A DNA stretch of 64,000 bases from positions 118,683-182,682 of the forward strand of contig JASKLF010000002.1 of assembly GCA_030153785.1 (NCBI GenBank), written 5' to 3'. The notes beneath the pieces are model-generated. The model did not search any database. It was not told where the DNA came from and worked only from the letters and a program-made list of their open reading frames with translations. This document shows, piece after piece, positions 47,909 through 58,835 of this stretch. Origin of the DNA: a bacterium. Its GTDB lineage: Bacteria; Synergistota; GBS-1. Made by a program: the position numbers and the translations under genes. Positions within the stretch are counted from its first letter, which is position 1. Every line of letters starts with the position of its first letter.

Positions 47909-49375
47909 GTGTTTGATATCGGTATTGTCGGCGGAGGAGCTGTCGGATCATCGATAGCTTATGAGCTATCAAGGTTTAATCTTAAGATAGCCGTTTTCGA
48001 AAAAGAACCCGATGTGATTTTTGGGGCAAGCGGTAGAAACAGTGGAGTTGTACATGCAGGTTTTTACTATCGCCCAGGCTCTCTCAAAGCCAAACTCTGC
48101 GTTGAGGGAAACAAAAAAATAAAAGAATGGATGAAAATTCTTAATGTGCCATTTAAAGCTACAGGGAAAATTCTTGTAGCATTTGAAGAAGAGGAAGTGC
48201 AAGAGCTCTATAAGCTTAAGGAAATAGGAGATACTAATGGCGTCGAAGGACTCGAAATAATTAAGGGGAGCGAAAACGTTCAAAAACTCTGTCCAACAGT
48301 GGGAGAAGCCGTAGCGTGCATGTACTCTCCAGCAACGGCCATTTTCTCTCCTTACCTATTTGTTATAGCCCTTGCCGAAACTAACTTATTAAACGATGTC
48401 AAATACTTTTTAAATTGCAAGATAGTAGAGGTCAAAAGAGAAAATGGTAACTTTATGCTTAAAGACCAAAACGGGAACAGATACGAATGCAGGTGGCTTA
48501 TAAACGCAACAGGAGTCCACTGTGCTGAATTTTCAAAGATGGTAGGAATAGACAGTTACCGAATTTATCCATGCAAGGGAGAGTACCTTTTACTTGATAA
48601 AGCTTTAGCTCCTCTCCTTAATATGCCCATATACCCTGTACCCAGTAAAGACGTGGGAGCCTATCTTGGCGTTCACATAACGCCCACCGTAGAAGGACCG
48701 ATAACAATAGGTCCCTCCGCGGAATACATAGAAGACCCTGAAGGATACGAAACCACACCTGAAATTATGGAACAACTCTTTCAAGGAGGATACAAACTCT
48801 GGCCCTACTTTAAAAGAAGCGATGTAATAAGAACCTTTACAGGAGTGAGGGCAAAGCCTGTTCCACCGGGAGACAAAACCTTTTACGACTTCCTGATTAA
48901 AGAAGAGGAATCTGTGCCTAACTTTATAAACCTGATAGGAATAGAATCACCAGGCTTTACCAGCGCCCCTGCAATAGCCAGGGTAGTAAGGGAAATTATC
49001 GAAAAGAAAGAAAAACTCATTCCTAAAGAAAAATTCGTTCCAGCCTCACCGCGTAAAGAAAGATTCGAAGATCTCCCGGAAGAGGAAAAACAAAGGAGAG
49101 CAAGGGAAAACCCAGAATATGGAGAAATAATTTGTAGATGCGAAAAGGTAACTAAAAGGGAAATAATAGAAGCAATTGAAAATCCCCTTGGAGCAAAAAC
49201 CCTTGCAAGCATAAAATACAGAACAAGGGCAATGATGGGAAGATGCCAAGGAGGATATTGTTTACCCAAAATAGTAGAAATTCTTGAAAAAGAGTTCGGA
49301 TATAAACCCGAAGATTTTCAACTTCATAAAGAAGGGTCATGGCTATTCTCGGGGAGGATGAGAAAAAATGACTGA
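47909..49375 (+). CDS. FAD-dependent oxidoreductase with C-terminal BFD-like [2Fe-2S] domain (glycerol-3-phosphate dehydrogenase-like subunit)
   Basis: GGGAVG, ASGRNSGVVHAG, GIESPGFTSAPA, ICRCEKVT, RTRAMMGRCQGGYC; GTG at 47909 follows GGAGGTG. Confidence 0.88.
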   Translation: MFDIGIVGGGAVGSSIAYELSRFNLKIAVFEKEPDVIFGASGRNSGVVHAGFYYRPGSLKAKLCVEGNKKIKEWMKILNVPFKATGKILVAFEEEEVQELYKLKEIGDTNGVEGLEIIKGSENVQKLCPTVGEAVACMYSPATAIFSPYLFVIALAETNLLNDVKYFLNCKIVEVKRENGNFMLKDQNGNRYECRWLINATGVHCAEFSKMVGIDSYRIYPCKGEYLLLDKALAPLLNMPIYPVPSKDVGAYLGVHITPTVEGPITIGPSAEYIEDPEGYETTPEIMEQLFQGGYKLWPYFKRSDVIRTFTGVRAKPVPPGDKTFYDFLIKEEESVPNFINLIGIESPGFTSAPAIARVVREIIEKKEKLIPKEKFVPASPRKERFEDLPEEEKQRRARENPEYGEIICRCEKVTKREIIEAIENPLGAKTLASIKYRTRAMMGRCQGGYCLPKIVEILEKEFGYKPEDFQLHKEGSWLFSGRMRKND

Positions 49376-50603
49376 AAAAGATGTAGTAATAATAGGTGCG
49401 GGACCGGCAGGTTTAGCTTGCGCAACGAGACTTAAGGAAATCGGCGTCAACGATGTCCTCCTTATAGAGAGAGAAAAGAAGCTTGGCGGAATATTAAATC
49501 AATGTATTCACGACGGATTTGGCTTACACAAATTTAAAGAAACTTTGACAGGACCAGAATACATAGAAAGATATCTACAAAAGCTTATAAACTACAAAGT
49601 AGAGGTTCTCTCAGATACTATGGTAGTAAACCTATTTCCGGATAAAAGCATGATACTAAGCGGGCCATGGGGCAGAGAGAAAATAAAGGCAAAGGCTGTA
49701 GTCCTTGCAATGGGCTGCAGAGAAAGAACGGCTGGAGCAATATGGCTTGCAGGATCGAGACCGGCAGGCGTGTATACCGCTGGAGTGGCACAGAGACTAA
49801 TGAACATAGATAATTACATGATTGGCAACGAGGTAGTAATATTAGGCTCCGGAGATGTGGGACTCATAATGGCAAGAAGGTTAACTTTGGAGGGAGCGCG
49901 CGTTTTAATGGTCTTAGAAAAGCTACCATACTCAAGCGGACTTCCAAGAAACATATCTCAGTGTCTTAACGATTATGATATCCCATTGTATCTTAAAACC
50001 ACTGTGACACGCATTCATGGAAAAGCGAGAATAGAAGGTGTAACTTATGTAAGCTTAGACGATGAAGGGAAGCCTATACCGGGTAGCGAAAGATTCATAA
50101 GATGCGATACGCTCCTGCTATCTGTGGGGCTTATCCCTGAAAATGAACTTTCAAGGGAAGCGGGAGTAGCCATACATCCTGTAACAGGCGGACCCATCGT
50201 CAATGATACCTATCAAACAAATATAGAAGGAGTGTTCGCCGCAGGAAACGTGTTGCATGTGCACGATCTCGCCGATTGGGCATCTATGGAGGGAGAGCTT
50301 GTGGCGGACTTTGCCAAACGCTATCTCGAAGGGAGCTTACCACAAACCCAAAATTGGATAGAAGTTAAAGCGGGAGAAGGGATCAGATACGTCCTCCCCC
50401 AAAGAATATCTGGTAAAATAGATGTAAATCTCCTTTTTAGAGTTAGTTTTCCTGCAAGAAATAAGCATATAGTTATAAAAGACAAGGACAGGATAATAAA
50501 GAGAAAGAGAGTGATTAATCCACACCCTGCCATAATGGAAAATATCGAGGTAAAAAGAGATGAACTAAAAGGAGTGCAAAGCTTGGAGGTGATGATAGAA
50601 TGA
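49368..50603 (+). CDS. NAD(P)/FAD-dependent oxidoreductase (second subunit of the trio)
   Basis: IIGAGPAGLA, GGILNQCIHDGFG, AMGCRER, GSGDVGLIMARR, GNVLHVHDL. Confidence 0.88.
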   Translation: MTEKDVVIIGAGPAGLACATRLKEIGVNDVLLIEREKKLGGILNQCIHDGFGLHKFKETLTGPEYIERYLQKLINYKVEVLSDTMVVNLFPDKSMILSGPWGREKIKAKAVVLAMGCRERTAGAIWLAGSRPAGVYTAGVAQRLMNIDNYMIGNEVVILGSGDVGLIMARRLTLEGARVLMVLEKLPYSSGLPRNISQCLNDYDIPLYLKTTVTRIHGKARIEGVTYVSLDDEGKPIPGSERFIRCDTLLLSVGLIPENELSREAGVAIHPVTGGPIVNDTYQTNIEGVFAAGNVLHVHDLADWASMEGELVADFAKRYLEGSLPQTQNWIEVKAGEGIRYVLPQRISGKIDVNLLFRVSFPARNKHIVIKDKDRIIKRKRVINPHPAIMENIEVKRDELKGVQSLEVMIE

Positions 50604-50968
50604 CGAAAGAGATGGTTTGTATACTTTGCCCAAATAGCTGTAACTTAATAGTCACCCAGAGCGACAAAAACCCAGATGGATTGAAGGTTGAAAACGCCCT
50701 ATGTCCAAAGGGGAAGGAATATGCCCACAACGAACTATTTAACCCAAAGAGAACCATAGCATCAAGCATACTCGTCGAAGAGGGGGAACTTCCCTTAGTA
50801 AGCGTGAAAATAGATAAGCCCATACCTAAAAGCAAGATCTTTGAGGTTATGAAAGAAATAAAGAAAGCAAAAGTAAAAGCTCCCGTAAAGATAGGAGATA
50901 TACTGATAAAAAATGTGGCAGGGACGGATGCCAACGTAATAGCGACAAAAAGCGTGGATAAGATATAA
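50600..50968 (+). CDS. DUF1667 family CxxC protein (third subunit)
   Basis: CILCPNSC, CPKGKEYA, PKRTIASS, PVKIGDILIKNV. Confidence 0.85.
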   Translation: MTKEMVCILCPNSCNLIVTQSDKNPDGLKVENALCPKGKEYAHNELFNPKRTIASSILVEEGELPLVSVKIDKPIPKSKIFEVMKEIKKAKVKAPVKIGDILIKNVAGTDANVIATKSVDKI

Positions 50969-51463
50969 ATGATTTTCTCCATAATAGCTTTAACTTGGTT
51001 TTTACTCGAAAAGGGGTGGAATTTTTTTAAGAGCGGTGAGAAGAACATACGGTATATCATGTTGGTTCTTCTCACCGCTCTTATATTAATTTACGGAGGT
51101 TATAAAGCCACATTTGAGGGAGAGAACATAATGGGAAGCCTTTTAGCACTGGCTGGCATGGGGTTAGGGCTTTGGGGAAGAAGCGCCATGAAAGAAAGCT
51201 TTTCCGTAAAAACCGAAAAACCGGAAAAGCTAATTAAAAGCGGACCATACGCGATTATAAGACACCCCCTTTATTTGGGGTTGATACTCCTATGCATGGG
51301 TGGAGTAATAGCCTCAAGCTCCAAACTCCTTATAATACCCTTTCTCATAAACCTCGTAGTAATCATCAAAAAGGTTAAAACGGAAGAAGAGTTGTTAGAG
51401 AGCTTACCGGAGTTTAAAGAGTATAAAAGTAGGACCTGGAAGCTAATTCCCTTCCTCTGGTAA
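50969..51463 (+). CDS. Isoprenylcysteine carboxyl methyltransferase/PEMT family membrane protein
   Basis: LIKSGPYAIIRHPLYLG, EEELL, YKSRTWKLIP. Confidence 0.8.
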   Translation: MIFSIIALTWFLLEKGWNFFKSGEKNIRYIMLVLLTALILIYGGYKATFEGENIMGSLLALAGMGLGLWGRSAMKESFSVKTEKPEKLIKSGPYAIIRHPLYLGLILLCMGGVIASSSKLLIIPFLINLVVIIKKVKTEEELLESLPEFKEYKSRTWKLIPFLW

Positions 51464-53107
51464 ATCGAGAAAATCCAAGAATCGCTCTAAAGCCCTCGGT
51501 TCATCGAGAGAGGCTAAAAGTTCCCTTTTGCTCTTGAGGGGGCGTTTTTCTATTATCCTTTTTGCCCTCCCCTCACCAATACCAGGAATAGCCTCGATAG
51601 CTGTAAAAGGAGCTTCGTTTATATTAAAGGGAAGGGGAAGAGCTGTAATGGAACGATAGCCATGGTCCACTACAAAAACATCTAAACTCTTTCCAATTGG
51701 TAAAGGGATTGGAATACCGACGAGTAAAGGATAACTGCCCAAAGCCCTTCCAAAGCTTAGCTTACCCTGAACCTCCTCAATTATCACATCCCTTATTATC
51801 GTTCCCGGAGGAGCAACCTTTTTAAGCATGGGCATATCTATTTCCTCTCTGGTCTTTCGCTTCCAAGTTTCAAAAAGCTTCTTATTAATCTTAGGTGGTT
51901 TTCCCTTAAGCATTCTGTATAGGGGCGTCCCCTCAAAAACCATAACCTGTCTAATATTTATTCTCCTCAGGAGAAGCTCTTTATCCAAAACCTCTTTCAA
52001 AAACTCAAAGTTAAGCTCATAGGTTCTCTTACTTTCCCCGGGTAACCCGTAAAGCAGATTAACACCTGGAAGGAGCTTTGGAAGCTCTTTATCTTTCCGC
52101 CAACCCCCAGCCTTATTAATAATCTCAATAGCTTTGAGAGCTTTCTCTCTATCAGCTTTCAAATTGTTCCTTTTTATGACCTCAGGGTCAACGCTCTCAA
52201 CACCAAGAGGAGCCGTATCTCCGGGAGTATTGTAGTTAGCTATAATTTTGGCTATTTCATAACACTCTTCTGAAAAATCAGCTATATACGAAGGATTAGC
52301 ATTGTCCATATGAAGGACCTTAATGTCAGGCGCAACTTCCCTTATACCTTTATATAATTTCTCCAAAGCCTGAACGTTGGGTCTTCCTGAGCTCATATAG
52401 GCGAAGAGGTTAGGCTGTCTTCCAAGCCTGAAGGCTCTACAACCAGCTTCGTATAGAGAGTGCACCTCCTCTATCACATCCTCCGGAGGTCTATATTCCA
52501 CAAAGTCAAGTAAGCCCTCCGTGCAAAAAGAACAATGTGAGGCTCTTTCACAGCCTCTGCCCGTTTCTATCTCACATATAACATCGGGGAATCTTTCGTG
52601 AAGCTTGATGATTGAAGCCCCCAAGTTAGCCCATTCTCTTAAGTCCTTGTAACTTCTTTTAGCAAATGGGTCTACCCCTCCCTTAAGATAGGTATTCAGC
52701 ACGGCACAGGGGTCTCCAAAGGCTATCAAATCGAAAGCTAAATCACTAACATCAAGAGCCTTTTTCCCTCCCCTGATGGAATAACCATACTTTATAGGAC
52801 CACATAAGATCTTAAAGGGACGCCTAACGAGGGAAGATATTTCTTTCAGCTCTTTCAATGTTAACGGAGTTCCACCCCTATACCTCCCGGGAACTGTAAA
52901 ACCAGAGATAACTATTAGCAAGTCAAAAGAATCGAGAAAGCTGAACCTGTTTTCTTTCGCCCTCCAGAAATCAACGGTTATATAATCGGGCTCTATTCCC
53001 CAAGAGAGCAGGACACCCGCTAAATATCGGGGATAAGGAGATATATAAGGTGGGACACCAAAACATGCAGGTTCATCCACATATCCATCGAATAACAAAA
53101 CCTTCAT
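51443..53107 (-). CDS. Radical SAM protein with C-terminal helix-hairpin-helix (COG1031-like)
   Basis: DGYVDEPACFGVPPYISPYPRY, EIETGRGCERASHCSFC, FRLGRQP, HMDNANP, RRINIRQV, HhH IPGIGEGRA. Confidence 0.85.
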   Translation of the reverse strand: MKVLLFDGYVDEPACFGVPPYISPYPRYLAGVLLSWGIEPDYITVDFWRAKENRFSFLDSFDLLIVISGFTVPGRYRGGTPLTLKELKEISSLVRRPFKILCGPIKYGYSIRGGKKALDVSDLAFDLIAFGDPCAVLNTYLKGGVDPFAKRSYKDLREWANLGASIIKLHERFPDVICEIETGRGCERASHCSFCTEGLLDFVEYRPPEDVIEEVHSLYEAGCRAFRLGRQPNLFAYMSSGRPNVQALEKLYKGIREVAPDIKVLHMDNANPSYIADFSEECYEIAKIIANYNTPGDTAPLGVESVDPEVIKRNNLKADREKALKAIEIINKAGGWRKDKELPKLLPGVNLLYGLPGESKRTYELNFEFLKEVLDKELLLRRINIRQVMVFEGTPLYRMLKGKPPKINKKLFETWKRKTREEIDMPMLKKVAPPGTIIRDVIIEEVQGKLSFGRALGSYPLLVGIPIPLPIGKSLDVFVVDHGYRSITALPLPFNINEAPFTAIEAIPGIGEGRAKRIIEKRPLKSKRELLASLDEPRALERFLDFLDLPEEGN

Positions 53108-53115
53108 GTTATTAA

Positions 53116-53424
53116 TCATATCACAGAAAGAAGCCAATGGACTAAAACACCAATCAAAACGGAAATACCAAGGTTATTCCACCTAATGTAAGACAAAAAT
53201 ACGAAAAACAAAGCAATAAGGCTTGAGGCTAAACCCTTAACATTTAAAGGAAAGCTCACAAGCGAGGTAACAAAAAGGGCCGACATCAAAGATGCCGAGG
53301 ATTCTTTTGAAAACTCGTCAACATTGGAAAGCCTTTTAAGCATATCCTTGAAATAAAAAGGCAGAAGCCTAGAAAGGTAGGTTAAAATAGCAACAAGCAC
53401 AATTACTAAACAATTTTCAAACAT
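53116..53424 (-). CDS. azlD: AzlD-like branched-chain amino acid exporter, small subunit
   Basis: ILTYLSRLLPF, three TM helices, downstream of azlC. Confidence 0.75.
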   Translation of the reverse strand: MFENCLVIVLVAILTYLSRLLPFYFKDMLKRLSNVDEFSKESSASLMSALFVTSLVSFPLNVKGLASSLIALFFVFLSYIRWNNLGISVLIGVLVHWLLSVI

Positions 53425-53433
53425 TCATATCCC

Positions 53434-54105
53434 CTACCTTCTATACTTCACGGTTAAAAGAGGAATAACCAGACCTGCAGTTAAAATCCCTAAAAAGGTA
53501 TAGCCTATATAATGAAACAATAAAGCAACCAATCCCCCACCAACTATGGAAAGCTTTCTGCCATCCCTAAAAGCTGGCAACAGAAGAATAAAAAACAATA
53601 CCGTAAGCGAAAAGGAAAGGGAATCAGAAAGAGAAAAACTGGACATTAGAAATTCCCCACCAAAGATGCCTATGGAAGTTCCGAATAGCCAGGATAAATA
53701 AGCCCCAAGCTCGAGTCCCCACAAAAAGCTTTCGCTTTCCAAAATAGAAGAGGAGACGGCGAAAACTTCATCTGTCAACCCGAAGGCTGTTACAAAAGGC
53801 ATCCTCACATCATAGCGATGAGAGATTATAGAACCGTAAATCAAATGTCTCAGATTAAGCAAAACTGGGATAATTACAGCACTTATATGAGAAACCCCTA
53901 TCAAGGAAATCATTGCAAACTGGCTTGCACCAGCATATACCAAAAGGGAAGATAAAAAAGTTTCAAATCTGCTGAGTCCCACGGACACCGCCGAAACTCC
54001 AAAGGCTACAGCCACAGGAATGTAACCTAATACTATAGGGACACTTAAAAGGAGTCCTTTTTTGAAACTATTTACTGAAAAGCCAGCATTGAACAAAGTG
54101 CCCAC
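53434..54105 (-). CDS. azlC: AzlC family branched-chain amino acid exporter permease
   Basis: [40 protein letters not shown]. Confidence 0.93.
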   Translation of the reverse strand: MGTLFNAGFSVNSFKKGLLLSVPIVLGYIPVAVAFGVSAVSVGLSRFETFLSSLLVYAGASQFAMISLIGVSHISAVIIPVLLNLRHLIYGSIISHRYDVRMPFVTAFGLTDEVFAVSSSILESESFLWGLELGAYLSWLFGTSIGIFGGEFLMSSFSLSDSLSFSLTVLFFILLLPAFRDGRKLSIVGGGLVALLFHYIGYTFLGILTAGLVIPLLTVKYRR

Positions 54106-55033
54106 TCTCCACTTCCACTAAAGGGGGTTCCTTATCGCAAAGAGAAAAAGCTTTGTCACATCTATCCTTAAACCTACAGCCTTGCGGGAAGCTAAGAAGA
54201 CTTGGAACAGATCCCGGTATAGAGTAAAGCCTTTTTTCTTCCTTGTCTAACCGGGGCATGGAATTCAAAAGACCAAAGGTGTAAGGATGAAGAGGCCTAT
54301 CAAAAATGGAAAACACATCGCCAACCTCCACAATCTTTCCCCCATACATGACGCCAACCCGATGAGAGATCTCAGCTATAATAGAAAGGTCATGGGTTAT
54401 GAACAATATGGAAGCTTTATATTCTTCTTTTAACCTCTCCATAAGCTCAAGTATTTGAGCTTGAACGGTAACATCTAAAGCGGTGGTTGGCTCATCAGCG
54501 ATAAGCAAGCGTGGGTTATTTATCAAGGCCATTGCAATCATGGCCCTTTGTCTCATGCCCCCAGACATTTGATAGGGATACTCCTCTGCCCTTCTGCGTG
54601 GATTAGGAATTCCTACCTTTTCTATCATATAAACCGCCCTCTCCCAAGCTTCATCCCAGCTAACTTCAGGATAATGGACAACGATAGCCTCAGCTATTTG
54701 AAACCCTATAGAATAAACAGGATTCAGAACGACCATCGGTTCTTGAAAGATCATGGAAATCTTTCTGCCTCTTATATCCCTCATTTCTTCATAAGACTTT
54801 TCCAGTAAGTTTTCTCCCTCGAAGATGATCTTACCGCCCACTATTTTACCCGGAGATGGAACGAGCCTCATTATAGAAAGAGCTGTCACGCTCTTTCCAC
54901 ACCCAGACTCTCCGACAAGGCCAAAAATCTCTCCCTCATTAATAAAAAACGAAACGTCATCTACGGCTTTTCCCACGCCCTCTTCAAGAAAAAAATAGGT
55001 CTTAAGATTCAAAACCTCAAGCAACTTCTTCAT
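54068..55033 (-). CDS. Oligopeptide ABC transporter ATP-binding protein (OppD/DppD)
   Basis: [36 protein letters not shown]-terminal GCRF...RC...C...C. Confidence 0.96.
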   Translation of the reverse strand: MKKLLEVLNLKTYFFLEEGVGKAVDDVSFFINEGEIFGLVGESGCGKSVTALSIMRLVPSPGKIVGGKIIFEGENLLEKSYEEMRDIRGRKISMIFQEPMVVLNPVYSIGFQIAEAIVVHYPEVSWDEAWERAVYMIEKVGIPNPRRRAEEYPYQMSGGMRQRAMIAMALINNPRLLIADEPTTALDVTVQAQILELMERLKEEYKASILFITHDLSIIAEISHRVGVMYGGKIVEVGDVFSIFDRPLHPYTFGLLNSMPRLDKEEKRLYSIPGSVPSLLSFPQGCRFKDRCDKAFSLCDKEPPLVEVESGHFVQCWLFSK

Positions 55034-55926
55034 TACCTAACTCTAATCCTCCTCAGCTTGGGATCGAGAATATCCCTTATAGCATCACCGAGCAAATTCC
55101 ACCCCAGAACAAAAAGGGCTATCGTCCCCCCAGGATAGACGAAAGTATACCAATACCTAAGGGCTTCACCAGGTGCACCCACAATCCAATTTCGGGCATA
55201 TGAAATCATTTGCCCCCAATCAGCATACCCGTCAGGAGCCCCAACCCCAAGAAAGCTTAAAGCTGATGCCGTAACCACCATAGAACCCATACTCATAGAA
55301 GCTTGAATTATCACAGGATAAATCGTATTTGGCAAAATGTGCTTAAATATGATCTTAAAAGAACTAACCCCTATTGCCTTTGCAGCCAAAACATACAGCT
55401 CTTCTTTTGCGGAAAGAAAGCTCCCCCTTATCAAGCGAGCATACCCCATCCACCCGAAGGCAATAAGGGCTATCATGACCTTATCCAACCCTTTGCCAAG
55501 TATTGTTGTAAGAACCATTGCGGCAACTAAGAAAGGAAATGCCATAAAGATGTCAGTTATCCTCATTATGATTTCGTCTATCCATCCGCCAAAGTAGCCA
55601 GAAATGGCACCAACAACCACCCCTATCAGCGCAGAGAAAATCACGGTCATGAAACCGACCTTAAAAGCCGTCCTTGCTCCCCAAACTATCCCATAGAAAA
55701 TATCATACTGCCCTTCAGTTGTACCAAAGGGATGATCTGGAGATGGAGGAGAAGGTTCCACAGCCCATCCCCCTTTAGGAAGAAGATAAGGCTCATCTGG
55801 ATACTCAGGAGGGGCAATAACAGGAGCAAAGATAGCCACCAAGGCAAAAAATAGGACTATAACTAAACCTAAACATGAAGAGGGATTTTTAAGAAGTCTT
55901 TTAAGAACCCATAAAACTTCATTCAT
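55033..55926 (-). CDS. Oligopeptide ABC transporter permease (OppC/DppC)
   Basis: [47 protein letters not shown]. Confidence 0.95.
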   Translation of the reverse strand: MNEVLWVLKRLLKNPSSCLGLVIVLFFALVAIFAPVIAPPEYPDEPYLLPKGGWAVEPSPPSPDHPFGTTEGQYDIFYGIVWGARTAFKVGFMTVIFSALIGVVVGAISGYFGGWIDEIIMRITDIFMAFPFLVAAMVLTTILGKGLDKVMIALIAFGWMGYARLIRGSFLSAKEELYVLAAKAIGVSSFKIIFKHILPNTIYPVIIQASMSMGSMVVTASALSFLGVGAPDGYADWGQMISYARNWIVGAPGEALRYWYTFVYPGGTIALFVLGWNLLGDAIRDILDPKLRRIRVR

Positions 55927-56963
55927 TCGAGTCTCACCCGTGGGTCTACAACAGCATAAAGCACATCAATGACAAGGTTCCCCAATACTAAAAGGAAAGC
56001 GTAAAATATCGTTATGCCCAAGATGAGTGGATAATCAAGCTGCTGAGCTGCGGTAGCCGCAAGTCGACCTATTCCAGGATAATCAAAGATGGTTTCCGTT
56101 ATCACAACTCCGCCAAGCAAACCTAAAACCATCATTCCCGCCACGGTAAGAACAGGTATTAAAGCGTTTTTCTTGGCGTGTCTGTGAATCACAAGTTTCT
56201 CAGGAACTCCCTTTGCCCGCGCCATGACGATATATTCCTTGTGAAGAACTTCAAGCATGCTTGACCGAGTTATCCTCAGAATAAAAGCCCACCACAAATA
56301 AGAAAGGGTTATTATCGGTCCAACAAGATGCCTCAAAGCATCTAATGCTACATCGAATCTACCATTTAAGATTCCATCCACCACATATAGCCCTGTATAA
56401 AGTTTAAAATCGGGGGAACTAACAATGTTCTGAGCCCATAAAGAAAGCCTGCCCGGAGGAAACAAACCTAAAACACCATAAAGAAGGAACAAAACCAATA
56501 TCCCAAAAACGAAGGATGGTAAAGACCAACCTATCACAGCAAAAATTCTTATCGCCTGATCTAAAGGTTTGTCTCGATTAACAGCCGAAATTATTCCCAG
56601 CCATATACCTCCCCAAACAACAGGGAAAACAGCAAACAAAGCGAGCTCTAAAGTTGCAGGAAACCTGCTTAATATGGCATCCTTCACCGGCTGATGAGCC
56701 ACCTCTGACCAGCCAAGGTCGAAGCGCAAAACCCTCTTGAGCCAATCAAAATATTGAACCAACAAGGGTTTATTTAGACCATATTTATCTACCAGCTTTT
56801 CCAAATCATCAGCGGATAAACTTTTAAGCTCAGCAGGGCTCTTTATGTAAGCGGAAAGCCTCTGAACGGGATCAAGAAACTGCATCATGAAGAAAACTAA
56901 AAATGTAACGCCTAACAGGATAACGGGCAATATCAAAAGCCTGCGTAATATATAAGCTGTCAT
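55923..56963 (-). CDS. Oligopeptide ABC transporter permease (OppB/DppB)
   Basis: YILRRLL, RFPATLEL, ARAKG, TETIFDYPGIG, LYAVVDPRVR. Confidence 0.95.
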   Translation of the reverse strand: MTAYILRRLLILPVILLGVTFLVFFMMQFLDPVQRLSAYIKSPAELKSLSADDLEKLVDKYGLNKPLLVQYFDWLKRVLRFDLGWSEVAHQPVKDAILSRFPATLELALFAVFPVVWGGIWLGIISAVNRDKPLDQAIRIFAVIGWSLPSFVFGILVLFLLYGVLGLFPPGRLSLWAQNIVSSPDFKLYTGLYVVDGILNGRFDVALDALRHLVGPIITLSYLWWAFILRITRSSMLEVLHKEYIVMARAKGVPEKLVIHRHAKKNALIPVLTVAGMMVLGLLGGVVITETIFDYPGIGRLAATAAQQLDYPLILGITIFYAFLLVLGNLVIDVLYAVVDPRVRLE

Positions 56964-56969
56964 ACCAAA

Positions 56970-58820
56970 CTATTCCTCAGATTTGTATAAGCTGTAGAAA
57001 TCCCCACCGGGTCTCATGGGATTATAATACCAACCCTTTATCCAGCTCCTCGAAACGTGTACCCCCATAGCCTGGTAAAGCAATATATGTGGAGCAAACT
57101 CGTATTCCTTCCTTTGAAGCTCAAAATAAATTTTCTCCCTCTCCTTAGGATCATTAGTCATCATGGCCTTCTCTATCAACTCATCAAACTCCGCCTTGGC
57201 AAGCTCAACAGCCTTCCTACCTTGATATGCCATAAAGGTTCCCCTACTACTCAAGAAAGGCTGGACAAAGTTATGGGGATCAGGATGGTCAGCAAGCCAT
57301 CCCATTATGAAAAGAGGAAGATTTCCCTTGGTCAGGTCGGATAAATAGGTTGACCATTGAACGCCTCTTACCTCTATCTTAAACTTTGGATTTAACTTAC
57401 GTGCATTTCTTGCAAGCATTTCAGCGGCAATTTTCCTCTCCTCGTTACCAGAATTATACAGTATCGTAAACTTAAATCCCTTCTCCCATACCTTTCCATT
57501 CCACGCTTTCCTAAATTCCTCTTCCGCTCTCTTCATATCGAAAGAGTATTTGGGGCCATCAGGGTTATAGCCTAAGAGCCCTTTCGGAATTATCCCAGTA
57601 GGCTGGACAGCCTCTCCTCTCCAAACCTCTTTTATATAAGTATCCCAATCAAAGAGATAGCAAAAACCCTTACGAACGTGTATATCGCTAAAAAAGTCCG
57701 ATGGTATGCCGTTTCCATCAAGCTTTCCACTGCCTATGTAAGGATTACCTTCGAGCCTTATATTAAAGTTGAAAAGAACGGTCTCTATAGCTAAAGTGGG
57801 CAATCCACGAATAATCCTTACTCCCTCCATCTTCTCAATCTGAGGAAGGTAATGCCTTGGCACATAAACCGCATCTGCATCCCCTCTCTCCAGAAGCATT
57901 CTCCTTGTAGCCCACTCATCCACTTTCTTTATTAAAACATACTTTATCTTTGCAGGCTCCCTCCAATAGTTCTCGTTCCTTTCGAGCTTAACATATTCTC
58001 CTTTCCTCCATTCCACAAGCTTAAAGGGCCCAGTTCCATTCATCTTTTCATAAAGAGGATCCTTCTCCTTCTGAGGGTCGTGATACTTCCACCACTCATC
58101 TGGAGTTCCCGGCCAATCTCCCTGCTCAATGCACCATTTTTTACTCAATATGGCTGACCAGCCAGCCCCCTGAGCAAGCACATTTAAAAAGGGAGGATAC
58201 GGCTTAGCAAGATGAAAGATAACCTTATCACCTTGGACCTCTACAGCTTTATCTATCATCTCGTATATTTCCTGCATGACAGACTCGTATTCAGGTTTTA
58301 GTTTTCCATCTTCGGTAAAAAGCTCATCCCAATCAGAAACATTAGCTTTATCCCTGACTAAATCTTCCAAGCTCTCATAACCCAACAAAGGATCGAGTAT
58401 CATCCAGCTTGGGCCACCAGTTCTGTCGAGAATCATGCACCTTTTAAAAGAATAAGCTACATCCTCCGGAGTAAGTTCATATCCGTTATGAAATTTAACC
58501 CCCTTTCTTATGGGGAATATGTAAGTCTTACCATCATCCCTTATCAATCCGTTCTCCGCGCTAGGAACTTCTGTAGCTAAAAGAGGAACAAAATCGGTAA
58601 CGCTCTCCCCTTTATACCCTATAAGGTTTTCATAAACGTTGTATATTATCTCCCCACTTGCCGTATCGTAGGAAAAATGAGGGTCAAGGGTATCCACATC
58701 ACCTATGGTAGCAATAACTATGGTATCGGGGTTTTTAACCTCAGCAGAAACGAAAGGCGAAAGCAAAAAAAGCATCAACAGACCAATTGCCAAACACCGC
58801 AGCAAATTTTTATTATCCAA
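56970..58820 (-). CDS. Oligopeptide ABC transporter substrate-binding protein (family 5)
   Basis: Signal peptide; TLDPHFSYD, VYENL, RKGVKFHNG, GTGPFKL, GWLADHPDP. Confidence 0.93.
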   Translation of the reverse strand: MDNKNLLRCLAIGLLMLFLLSPFVSAEVKNPDTIVIATIGDVDTLDPHFSYDTASGEIIYNVYENLIGYKGESVTDFVPLLATEVPSAENGLIRDDGKTYIFPIRKGVKFHNGYELTPEDVAYSFKRCMILDRTGGPSWMILDPLLGYESLEDLVRDKANVSDWDELFTEDGKLKPEYESVMQEIYEMIDKAVEVQGDKVIFHLAKPYPPFLNVLAQGAGWSAILSKKWCIEQGDWPGTPDEWWKYHDPQKEKDPLYEKMNGTGPFKLVEWRKGEYVKLERNENYWREPAKIKYVLIKKVDEWATRRMLLERGDADAVYVPRHYLPQIEKMEGVRIIRGLPTLAIETVLFNFNIRLEGNPYIGSGKLDGNGIPSDFFSDIHVRKGFCYLFDWDTYIKEVWRGEAVQPTGIIPKGLLGYNPDGPKYSFDMKRAEEEFRKAWNGKVWEKGFKFTILYNSGNEERKIAAEMLARNARKLNPKFKIEVRGVQWSTYLSDLTKGNLPLFIMGWLADHPDPHNFVQPFLSSRGTFMAYQGRKAVELAKAEFDELIEKAMMTNDPKEREKIYFELQRKEYEFAPHILLYQAMGVHVSRSWIKGWYYNPMRPGGDFYSLYKSEE

Positions 58821-58835
58821 CCATTCACACCTCCC

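Noticed and set aside
50515..51075. 186-aa minus-strand ORF over the DUF1667 gene
   Set aside because: Antisense shadow; its hydrophobicity is an artefact of the Lys/Glu-rich sense strand
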